Below, one piece after another: positions 38,660 through 46,799 of a stretch of 64,000 nt of DNA. This DNA comes from an uncultured Granulicella sp. (GTDB lineage: Bacteria > Acidobacteriota > Terriglobia > Terriglobales > Acidobacteriaceae): NCBI GenBank assembly GCA_937873145.1, contig CALMVK010000007.1:853-64852 (forward strand). The letters are read 5' to 3'. Position 1 is the stretch's first letter. Each line of letters begins with the position of its first letter. The notes below the pieces were generated by a model. That model was not told where the DNA came from and did no database searches. It worked only from the letters and a program-made list of their open reading frames with translations. The translations under genes and the position numbers were made by a program.

Positions 38660-40111
38660 CTATGCGGCGAAGTCGTAGCCTTCTTCTCCGTGCAGGGCAA
38701 TGTCCATGCCTTCGGTTTCATCTTCCGCGCTCATGCGCAGACCGAGGGTTTTGTCGACCAGGACGAGGATGATAAGCGTGCCGCAGATGGATAAGGTCCA
38801 GGCGATGGCGATGCCGGTGAGCTGGTTGACGAGCTGGTGCGGATTGCCCTCGAAGACGCCGGTGGCTTTGCCGGCGCCAAAGATGGGATTGATGGCCGAG
38901 TTGGCGAAGAGCCCGGTGAGGATGGCGCCGATGGTGCCGCCGGCTCCGTGAACGCCGAAGGCATCGAGGGAGTCGTCATAGCCGAAGCGGGCTTTGACGG
39001 TGACAACCATGAAGAAGCAGAAGATACCGGTGATGAGGCCGATCCAGAGGGCGGAGATGGGGTTGACGAAGCCGGCGGCGGGGGTGATGCCGACCAGGCC
39101 GGCGACGGCTCCGGAGATAGCGCCGAGCGCGGAGGGCTTGCCGTTGCGGAACCACTCTGCGGCGGACCAGCCGCAGGCCGCGGCGGCGGCGGCGAAGTGG
39201 GTGGCGACGAAGGCGGAGGTGGCGAGGGTTCCGGAGCCGAGCGCGGAGCCGGCGTTGAAGCCGAACCAGCCCACCCAAAGTAGAGCCGCGCCGATGAAGC
39301 TGAACACGACCGAGTGCGGCGGCATGGCGACCTTGGGATAGCCGATGCGCTTGCCGAGATAGAGCGCGGTGACCAGCGCGGAGACACCCGAGGTGACGTG
39401 GACGACGGTGCCCCCGGCGAAGTCGAGCGTGGGGAAACGGCCGCCGAGTGAGGCGTTGAGCAGGCCGCCTTTGCCCCAGACCATGTGCGCCATGGGGCTG
39501 TAGACGAAGAGCGCCCAAAGGATCATGAAGACCAGCATGGCGGAGAACTTGACGCGCTCGGCGAAGGCTCCGGTAATGAGCGCGGGGGTGATGATGGCGA
39601 ACATGAGCTGGTAGACCATGAAGGTCTGGAGAGGGAGGGTGGCGGCATAGTCCTTGTCCGGGGTGAGGCCGACGCCGTGCAGCAGGACGTTATGGAAGCC
39701 GCCGATGAAGGCGTTGCCCGGGCCGAAGGCGAGCGAGTAGGTGACGAGCGCCCAAAGCACGGTGACCACGCCCATCAGTGCGAAGGTCTGCATCATGGTG
39801 CCGAGGACGTTTTTGCGGCGCACGAGGCCGCCGTAGAAGAGCGTGAGGCCGGGGGCGCTCATCATCAGCACCAGGGCGGAGGAGACGAGCATCCAGCCGT
39901 TGTCGGCGCCCATCTGTGCGGCGGCGGCGGCGGCGGTGTTGTCGGCGACCTGTTTTTCTAGGATTGCGATGCGGTCGGCCTGGCTTGGGGGCTGGCTTTG
40001 GATTTGGGGTGCGGAGACAGCCGGAACAGACGTTTGTGCGTAGGCAGGTGCAAGGCCCGGCAGAAGACAGCACAGGCAGGCCAGCAGCAGCTTTAATGCG
40101 GAAGAACGCAT
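38660..40111 (-). CDS. amtB: ammonium transporter
   Basis: FQ-like MFAIITPAL, DFAGGTVVH, WFGFNAGS, DDSLDAFGVHG; start ATG 40111 with RBS. Confidence 0.95.
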   Translation of the reverse strand: MRSSALKLLLACLCCLLPGLAPAYAQTSVPAVSAPQIQSQPPSQADRIAILEKQVADNTAAAAAAQMGADNGWMLVSSALVLMMSAPGLTLFYGGLVRRKNVLGTMMQTFALMGVVTVLWALVTYSLAFGPGNAFIGGFHNVLLHGVGLTPDKDYAATLPLQTFMVYQLMFAIITPALITGAFAERVKFSAMLVFMILWALFVYSPMAHMVWGKGGLLNASLGGRFPTLDFAGGTVVHVTSGVSALVTALYLGKRIGYPKVAMPPHSVVFSFIGAALLWVGWFGFNAGSALGSGTLATSAFVATHFAAAAAACGWSAAEWFRNGKPSALGAISGAVAGLVGITPAAGFVNPISALWIGLITGIFCFFMVVTVKARFGYDDSLDAFGVHGAGGTIGAILTGLFANSAINPIFGAGKATGVFEGNPHQLVNQLTGIAIAWTLSICGTLIILVLVDKTLGLRMSAEDETEGMDIALHGEEGYDFAA

Positions 40112-40287
40112 CGATCCCCCTTGAGCTTTCGAGACAAAGAGATACGGCGAGAAGGTCGCCGAGTTTACCGGTGATGCATGTTTCTTCTGCGAAGGTGAGC
40201 AGAAAGCCAAATCTGGAAGCGTTTCGCTTACTCTACACAAGCAGGCTGCGCAATACAAAAGAAGTTCTGCAGGCGAGGGAGTTGAAG

Positions 40288-40659
40288 ATGGCAAAGGCAA
40301 CGGAGATAGGTGCGGCGAAGCTTTTCCGGTGGGCGGAGATGGAGCCTGAACAGATGAATCCGCTGCTGACGCGGCAGTTTTGCTCGGGCGAGCAGGCGAT
40401 GATTGGGCGCGTAATGCTGAAGAAGGGATGCGTGGTGCCGGAGCACAGCCATCCCAACGAGCAGCTGGCGTATATCGTCACGGGTGCGCTGGAGTTTGTG
40501 ATCGGCGGCGTGACGCAGGTGGTGCGGGCGGGCGAGGTGCTGGTGATCCCGGCGAACGTGCCGCATGCGGCCACGGCGCTGGAAGATACCGAGGACCTGG
40601 ATCTGTTTGCTCCGCCGCGGCAGGACTGGATCGACCAGAACGACAGCTATCTGCGCTAA
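40288..40659 (+). CDS. cupin domain protein
   Basis: VPEHSHPNEQ, IPANVPHAA, DLFAPPRQDW. Confidence 0.85.
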   Translation: MAKATEIGAAKLFRWAEMEPEQMNPLLTRQFCSGEQAMIGRVMLKKGCVVPEHSHPNEQLAYIVTGALEFVIGGVTQVVRAGEVLVIPANVPHAATALEDTEDLDLFAPPRQDWIDQNDSYLR

Positions 40660-40669
40660 GCGGTTGGCG

Positions 40670-40940
40670 AGACCATTTTACCTTCAGGTGTAGTTGCCGA
40701 ATCGCAGTCTGAGCCATGCTGTTGCCTCTTGAGCGGTAATGGTGTTGATTGCGTGTGCGGTGGCAGTTCGAGCTGCGGCATGGCTCTGGCGGCGAGGGCG
40801 CGCAGCCTGGCCTTGAGCTTGGACCAGGCTTTTTCGATCGGGTTGAGGTCGGGCGAATAGGGCGCGAGCCATCCCTCCATGCTCAACCTCAACTCAGAGC
40901 CTGCAAGAATCGAGGCCTGTACCCCACGGTAAATTGGTCT
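40670..40940 (-). mobile_element. internally deleted IS630-family element (MITE-like) with both terminal inverted repeats
   Basis: TIRs AGACCATTTTACC (40670-82) and rc AGACCAATTTACC (40928-40); frameshifted transposase tail PYSPDLNPIEKAWSKLK / ITAQEATAWLRLRFG. Confidence 0.82.
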
Positions 40941-41856
40941 AGCGCTTCTGCTTTCCAACCTTTGCAGCTGTGTTCGGCTTCTGCGACGACAGATCAGCCA
41001 TGGCCGCGCGGAGACGTAGCACGGCTGACGTATGAACTTGCGAAACACGGGACTCAACCACTCCAAGCGTCAGTCCGATCTCCTTCATCGTCAGCTCTTC
41101 GAAGTAGTAGAGAGTAAGCACCATTCTCTCCTTCTCTGGCAATTCTTCTATGGCTTCTGCGAGCCGCTGCTTCATCTCTCCCTTGAGACATCTAAAAAGG
41201 GGTTCGTCTTCCACTGAGGTAGGAATGTAAGCCAGTTCCTCATCACCAGAATCTTCCGAGCGCTCCAGGTGGAGTGTACCGATCTCCAAACCTTTAAGAT
41301 CACCCAGCAGCACCTGATACTCCGACAGAGAGACTTCGAGCTCCGTAGCAATCTCCTGCTCTACAGGTACCCGGCCTAGCCGCTTCGTCGTGCTCCGAAT
41401 CGCTTCTTCTACGGCCCGACCCTTGCGACGGAGCTCACGCGGACCCCAATCTACGCTTCGCAGGGAATCAAGGATTGCGCCACGGATGCGGAACTGCGCG
41501 TAGCTCTTGAACTGAACTTGTTTGGTGTAATCGAACTTGGCAAGCGCGTCGATCAAACCTACAATTCCTGCCGAAACGAGCTCTTCGAGCTCCACGTGCT
41601 GCGGAAGGCGTTCATGGATGTTTCTCGCAACGTAACGCACCGTCGGAAGATGCTCCATCAGCAATTGCTCGTGTTCTGCGGCAGTGAGTGCACTAGCAAC
41701 GGTCTCTGCTGGCTTGCGCCGCGACTGTTTGGCAGCAGAGAAACCAGAGACTGTCGGAAGCGCCGTTACTGCCTCTTCGAAAACCAGCCCGCACATGGCT
41801 GCATTCTGATCCTGCATCCCCAACATGGCTACCGGCAGTACGTTTCCCATTTCCAT
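40939..41856 (-). CDS. fliA: FliA/WhiG family sigma factor (sigma28)
   Basis: HERLPQHVELEELVSAG, YAQFRIRGAILDSLR, LTMKEIGLTLGVVESRVSQVH. Confidence 0.92.
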   Translation of the reverse strand: MEMGNVLPVAMLGMQDQNAAMCGLVFEEAVTALPTVSGFSAAKQSRRKPAETVASALTAAEHEQLLMEHLPTVRYVARNIHERLPQHVELEELVSAGIVGLIDALAKFDYTKQVQFKSYAQFRIRGAILDSLRSVDWGPRELRRKGRAVEEAIRSTTKRLGRVPVEQEIATELEVSLSEYQVLLGDLKGLEIGTLHLERSEDSGDEELAYIPTSVEDEPLFRCLKGEMKQRLAEAIEELPEKERMVLTLYYFEELTMKEIGLTLGVVESRVSQVHTSAVLRLRAAMADLSSQKPNTAAKVGKQKR

Positions 41857-41927
41857 TGCTTTTCTCCTCACAGGTGTGTCCTGTATGTGGTTTGCGCTTG
41901 ACCGCGCATCTGAACACTTAGGAGAAG

Positions 41928-41943
41928 AGCAAGCGAAGGGCCA
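41928..41943 (-). promoter_or_regulatory. sigma54 -24/-12 promoter of fliA
   Basis: TGGCCC-TTCGC-TTGCT (GG-N10-GC) ~70 nt before fliA, with an AT-rich tract upstream. Confidence 0.65.
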
Positions 41944-42251
41944 TGGTTTCGCTTTTTCTTCTTAATGTTTTCTTAGATGTTTCGCTTTTCAGCTTTGCCA
42001 TTCATACTCACCCGCAACTCCCATCGTGACGCACCAGCGATCAAGTGACACTAAGTCCCTTCATAGACTAGAAGACCGGCTCGCGGGAGCTTTCGGAGCA
42101 ACCGCCGCTTCCTCGCGCATCGTCAACTCAGTAAAGCTAATCGGGCCATCGATATTGAGTCGTCGGTCTATCCGGAGAGATTGCACCCATGTCAGAAAGC
42201 TCGCAGGGCCCAGTGCCGAGCGGCACCAGAGTCTAGAAACGGCCGCCGATT

Positions 42252-43448
42252 TTACCTCCGGCGCAGGACAATCTCTGCAGGCCCGATCTCCGGCCGATCC
42301 TCAGCCAGGATTGAACCTCGCTCGAGAACATGCATCAGCTCTCTGACATTTCCTGGCCACGAATAAGCAGTGAGAAGATCCAAGGCTGCAGAAGCTACCC
42401 TCTTTCTCGGCATCTGTTTTGCCAGCTCATCCAAGAAGAAGTCGACCAGGCTGGGCAGATCCTCAATTCGCTCGCGAAGAGCTGGTACAGTCAGCGGAAA
42501 CACTGCCAGACGGTGATACAGATCTAAGCGGAACGCTTTCTCTTCGGCCCGCTGCTCAAGCGGCTGGTGCGTGGCCGCGATAACTCGCACATCGACGCGA
42601 GCCGTTTCATTGTCCCCAACACGCTGAAGTTCGCCGCACTCCAGGAAGCGCAGCATTTTGGCCTGCAACGCCAGCGGCATCTCACCGATCTCGTCTAAGA
42701 ACAGAGTTCCACCATGAGCGGCCTCGATTCGACCTACGCGTGACTGAACAGCCCCTGTAAAAGCTCCTCGCGTGTGTCCGAAGAGCTCGGCTTCTAACAG
42801 AGACTCCGGGATAGCGGCGCAGTTCAGAACCACAAGGGGCTTCGTCGAGCGGGAACTCAATCGATGCAGCGCCTTCGCCACTACCTCTTTTCCAGTGCCA
42901 GTCTCGCCTTCAATTAAGACGCTCGTCGAGCGTGGCGCAACCAGGCGAATCATTCTCGATAGCTCGAGCATGGGAGCACTCTCGCCGATCATCTCCGGTA
43001 GACCGACGCGGACGGGTGTGGGAGCGAGCCGTGCAATGGAAGTTGAACCATGTCGCTGCGCCTTCGCTACCGTCGGTGCCATCTGCTGAGCTTCGCGCAG
43101 TGCATGCAGCAGCTCATGACGACGCGGACTCTTCGCCTGGCAACGAATGCGGTCTGCGTTGCCGTCCGCCGAGAGAACCTCCATCCCCGGGTACATCAGA
43201 CACATTTGCTGGGCGAACTCACCAGCCTCCAGGTCCGGAAGCCACTCGTCTAGAAGCAGCACCTCTGGCTGTTCGGCTTCCACCAAGGCCATGGCTTCCG
43301 CACCCCCGCCAGCTTCTCGCACTCTCCAACGAAGGGTAGTTAAGGCAGCGGTGACGCGATGTCTCAGAGCAAGATCGGCTCCTGCTATGACAGCGCTCCG
43401 TGTCGCCACAGAATCTTCATGGGTTGCCAAAGCGCTTGAAGTCTCCAT
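42252..43448 (-). CDS. sigma54 activator (receiver + AAA+) without C-terminal HTH
   Basis: LLDEWLPD, GETGTGKE, GAFTGA, LFLDEIG, WPGNVREL; ends about 20 aa later. Confidence 0.9.
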   Translation of the reverse strand: METSSALATHEDSVATRSAVIAGADLALRHRVTAALTTLRWRVREAGGGAEAMALVEAEQPEVLLLDEWLPDLEAGEFAQQMCLMYPGMEVLSADGNADRIRCQAKSPRRHELLHALREAQQMAPTVAKAQRHGSTSIARLAPTPVRVGLPEMIGESAPMLELSRMIRLVAPRSTSVLIEGETGTGKEVVAKALHRLSSRSTKPLVVLNCAAIPESLLEAELFGHTRGAFTGAVQSRVGRIEAAHGGTLFLDEIGEMPLALQAKMLRFLECGELQRVGDNETARVDVRVIAATHQPLEQRAEEKAFRLDLYHRLAVFPLTVPALRERIEDLPSLVDFFLDELAKQMPRKRVASAALDLLTAYSWPGNVRELMHVLERGSILAEDRPEIGPAEIVLRRR

Positions 43449-43460
43449 ATTTTCCTGCCA

Positions 43461-43709
43461 TCATCCGTCTTCGTCCAAATACTGCTGCATTGATCGAATG
43501 TGGACGATCATCCGCTCACACTGCTGCAATCCCTCCTCAACAGCGCGCCGCATCTCTACCTGCTCCCACACGCCGCCCGGAGTATGCTGCGCGGCCAGAA
43601 AGAGTCTGCACTGTAAAGCTGTTAGCGGCTGACTCAGATCGTGTAGGGCATCCTGCATCCAGTCTTGCAGGGTTTTGTCCGGCGTCGATTGCCCAAAAGT
43701 GCTATGCAT
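43461..43709 (-). CDS. stand-alone HisKA/DHp-like protein, 82 aa
   Basis: DALHDLSQPLTALQ H-box, helical, no ATPase domain; ATG overlaps upstream stop. Confidence 0.7.
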   Translation of the reverse strand: MHSTFGQSTPDKTLQDWMQDALHDLSQPLTALQCRLFLAAQHTPGGVWEQVEMRRAVEEGLQQCERMIVHIRSMQQYLDEDG

Positions 43710-44508
43710 AGGCACTCGTCTCGGCACGATCGCGCGCCTTTGCCAATCCATTCGCACCGGTTGCCTGCAGGTGAAGCGGGGCTGGCAGAAAACTCTGAAA
43801 GGACTCATGGGGATGGAGGGAGATTGCGTAGCCCTCTCCACGCACTGTTTCGATCACCCGGTCTGCTGGTTCAGACGAAACAGGCTTATTATCTATAACT
43901 TGCGCGAGCTTTTTCCGAAGATAGTTGATGTACACGTCCACCACGTTCGTTCCGGATGGAGGTGCCGACTGCCAGACCTCGCGGAGCAGTTCGCTGCGTC
44001 CACAAGGCCGGCCGCGCGCGAGGACAAGATATTCGAGCAGCGAAAACTCCTTGGACGTTAACTCGACGGCTCGGCCTTGCCGCTTCACGGTTCGCTGGAT
44101 ACGATCCATTTCGAGGTCACCGACACAAAGAGTCGAGGCAGCCGATTGATGACTTCGCCGAAGCAGCGCGCGGCAACGTGCCGTCAGTTCACTAAAGCTG
44201 AAAGGCTTAGGAAGACAATCGTCGGCACCTAGATTCAGGCAATGTACACGAGACTCCACGCCATTTCTTCCAGTCAGCACGAGCACAGAGGTTCCAGGAC
44301 ATTGTCCCTGCATGCGCTGCAGTATTTCAAGCCCATCCATTTCAGGTAAACCCAAATCCAAAACGAGCAGATCCGGTGCGTGTAACAACAAAGACGCCAG
44401 CCCCGTGCGGCCGTTACTCTCCAGCTCTACCTGATGCTTCTCTAAAGTCAGACCTTTCGCAATGAAATGTCCAAGAGCAAGGTCGTCCTCAAGAATCAGT
44501 ATGCGCAT
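43702..44508 (-). CDS. OmpR-family response regulator
   Basis: ILEDD, LVLDLGLP, GADDCLPKPF, LTSKEFSLL, NVVDVYINYLRKK, TVRGEGY. Confidence 0.92.
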   Translation of the reverse strand: MRILILEDDLALGHFIAKGLTLEKHQVELESNGRTGLASLLLHAPDLLVLDLGLPEMDGLEILQRMQGQCPGTSVLVLTGRNGVESRVHCLNLGADDCLPKPFSFSELTARCRALLRRSHQSAASTLCVGDLEMDRIQRTVKRQGRAVELTSKEFSLLEYLVLARGRPCGRSELLREVWQSAPPSGTNVVDVYINYLRKKLAQVIDNKPVSSEPADRVIETVRGEGYAISLHPHESFQSFLPAPLHLQATGANGLAKARDRAETSAYA

Positions 44509-44733
44509 GCTTTCCTCCATCAGTCCAACAGTTCGGGGTAATGACGGTCCGCGTTTTTGCTGTCAACGTGGCCTGTCATAACCATCAGGCTTCCAAACCT
44601 GCGGAACAAGCAGAAACGTCTCACTTTCCTCATAGCCATTCCAAAATGGAACCAACCGAGCCGAAACGACTCGCTTCTAGCTGTTTCTTCTCCAACTTCT
44701 GTGGGAGAAGGTGCAAAAAGCCCGAACTTTTTC

Positions 44734-44761
44734 TTGCTTTTCGCTTTCTATTCGCTACAAT
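44734..44761 (+). promoter_or_regulatory. lexA promoter with candidate LexA direct-repeat operator
   Basis: TTGCTT-N16-TACAAT-N6-ATG; TTCGC at 44740 and 44751 (11 bp period) in the spacer. Confidence 0.55.
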
Positions 44762-44767
44762 TGCCGC

Positions 44768-45373
44768 ATGGCCATCACACGTCGGCAAAAAGAAGTGATT
44801 GACTTCCTCTCCAGCTTCACGCAGAAGAACGGATACTCCCCTTCCTATGAGGAAATTGCCTCGGGCCTGGGACTGGCTTCACTGGCGACGGTGCATAAAC
44901 ACATCACCAATCTTCAGAACAAAGGTCTGCTGCAGCGCGCGCACAATCGCAGCCGGTCGATTGACGTTCTACCTGCACGTACCTCGAAGAAGGGTGCCGA
45001 TCGGCTCCCACTGCTGGGCCGTATCGCTGCAGGCCGTCCAGTCGAGGCCATCGAATCTGCTGAATCCATCTCCCTGGGAGATATTATCGGGAACCGAGAG
45101 GTGTTCGCATTGGAAGTTCGGGGGGATTCCATGCGAGACGAACACATTGTTTCTGGAGATTATGTGCTCGTAGAGCGGACGCGGACAGCCCGCGAAGGAG
45201 AGATTATCGTCGCGCTGATCGACGGATCGGATGCAACTCTGAAGCGGTTTTATCGTGAAGGCGCAATGATTCGCCTTCAACCTTCGAATGCCACCATGGA
45301 CCCCATCTATGCGCCGGCGGCGAGTGTCACCATTCAGGGCAAGGTTCTCGGGATGCTACGAAAATATGCATAA
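44768..45373 (+). CDS. lexA: SOS repressor LexA
   Basis: PSYEEIA HTH, IAAG cleavage site, GDSM Ser, TLKR Lys. Confidence 0.96.
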   Translation: MAITRRQKEVIDFLSSFTQKNGYSPSYEEIASGLGLASLATVHKHITNLQNKGLLQRAHNRSRSIDVLPARTSKKGADRLPLLGRIAAGRPVEAIESAESISLGDIIGNREVFALEVRGDSMRDEHIVSGDYVLVERTRTAREGEIIVALIDGSDATLKRFYREGAMIRLQPSNATMDPIYAPAASVTIQGKVLGMLRKYA

Positions 45374-45403
45374 TTCTGCTTGTCCTTTGTCGAGGATGAC
45401 CGG

Positions 45404-46108
45404 ATGAATGCTTCACCACCCAAACTCCTGGTCTTCGATCTTGACGGCACACTCATCGACTCCCGCCTCGATTTGGCGCATTCCATCAACGCCACCCTGG
45501 AACACTTCGGGAAGCCGGCACTTCCGCACACTACGATCGCCAGCTATATAGGAGATGGAGCCTCCACACTCGTCCGCAAGTCTCTTGAGCATGACGGAAT
45601 CGATGTGACCTCAGGCACACTCGGTCGAGACATCCTTGACGAAGCTCTGTCATGGTTTCTTGCTTACTATCGTGTGCACAAGCTCGACTTTACTCATGCA
45701 TACCCAGGAGTTCTGGATGCGCTGGGGGAGATCCGAGCACGTCATCCACTGCTCCCAATGGCTGTACTCACGAACAAGCCGGTCGGTCCTTCACGTGGCA
45801 TCTGCGCAGGTCTCGGTTTGGAACGCTTTTTCTTCGCGAACTATGGCGGTGACTCCTTTGCCGCCAAAAAGCCGCACCCCGAAGGATTGTTGCGTCTGGT
45901 CGCAGAAGCAGCAGAAATCAATTCTGCTGTTAATCCACAAAACACGGTAATGATTGGAGATTCCCATGTGGATATCGAGACAGCGCGCGCGGCAGGCACA
46001 CGATCTCTTGGATGTACCTACGGTCTTTCGCCCGATACCCTGGCGGAAGCCCACGCTGATGGCACGGTCGATCACTCCTCGGAGTGGCCTGCCGCGCTGC
46101 AGCTCTGA
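45404..46108 (+). CDS. HAD hydrolase (phosphoglycolate phosphatase-like)
   Basis: FDLDGTLIDS, VLTNK, KKPHP, MIGDS. Confidence 0.88.
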   Translation: MNASPPKLLVFDLDGTLIDSRLDLAHSINATLEHFGKPALPHTTIASYIGDGASTLVRKSLEHDGIDVTSGTLGRDILDEALSWFLAYYRVHKLDFTHAYPGVLDALGEIRARHPLLPMAVLTNKPVGPSRGICAGLGLERFFFANYGGDSFAAKKPHPEGLLRLVAEAAEINSAVNPQNTVMIGDSHVDIETARAAGTRSLGCTYGLSPDTLAEAHADGTVDHSSEWPAALQL

Positions 46109-46126
46109 ACATGCGAGAGGTCAACG

Positions 46127-46714
46127 CTACGCTTCGAAGCCCCGGTTCCAGTGGGTGATCACGGCATTCTCCCGTTCCCAGCCCAGAACACTGACGGTTC
46201 CGGTGCCGAGCGCAAAACGCTTTCCTGCCAACGCCTCAAGACCGACCCATCGCGCTGCGAGGATACGTAGGATATGGGCGTGGGCGAACAGTGCTACTTT
46301 GTCTCCATCTTTTGTGCCTTCGCTGGCCTGCTGAATCACGTGATCCGCTCGTCGGCCGACTTCTTGAACCGTCTCACCGCCTAGAAGTTGGTTATTCCAG
46401 ACGCTCCAGGTCGGTCCATACTGAGCGCGCATCTCTTTAGTCGTCTTGCCCTCAGCCTCTCCATAGTTCCATTCGCGCAGGTCGTTCGCAGGAGTCGCCT
46501 GTGCTCCAAAACCGGCAATCTGGCACGTCTCCCGCGCTCTTTGTGCCGGGCTTACGAACACCTTGGCAAAGGAAGTATCTTTCAGGTACTCCCGTAGCTC
46601 TTCGGCCCGCTTGCGTCCATGATCCGTCAAGGCAATGTCGGTGGTACTGGTATGTGCTCCGCTCAAGCTCCACTCAGTTTCTCCGTGCCGCACCAGCCAA
46701 AGCTCCACTCCCAT
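46127..46714 (-). CDS. histidine phosphatase family protein
   Basis: VRHGETEWS, LREWNYG, FAHAH. Confidence 0.9.
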   Translation of the reverse strand: MGVELWLVRHGETEWSLSGAHTSTTDIALTDHGRKRAEELREYLKDTSFAKVFVSPAQRARETCQIAGFGAQATPANDLREWNYGEAEGKTTKEMRAQYGPTWSVWNNQLLGGETVQEVGRRADHVIQQASEGTKDGDKVALFAHAHILRILAARWVGLEALAGKRFALGTGTVSVLGWERENAVITHWNRGFEA

Positions 46715-46799
46715 TCGATCCTCCTGTCTCAGTATAAGAGCCGGAAGAAGGGTCGTTTGAAAATAGATGGAGTCCGTCCATCCGGGTTACCCTAGAGAG

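Noticed and set aside
40112-40300. N-terminal extension of amtB
   Set aside because: Covers the divergent promoter region; ATG 40111 has an RBS and a signal peptide.
40656-41066. 136 aa ORF as an intact transposase
   Set aside because: Only a frameshifted C-terminal fragment; most of the DDE domain is missing.
34594-46108. Apparent GC drop between the glnD-amtB block and the fliA-lexA block as a transferred island
   Set aside because: Judged by eye only; the lower-GC part includes core genes (lexA, then uvrB, pnp) and there is no integrase, tRNA or att site.
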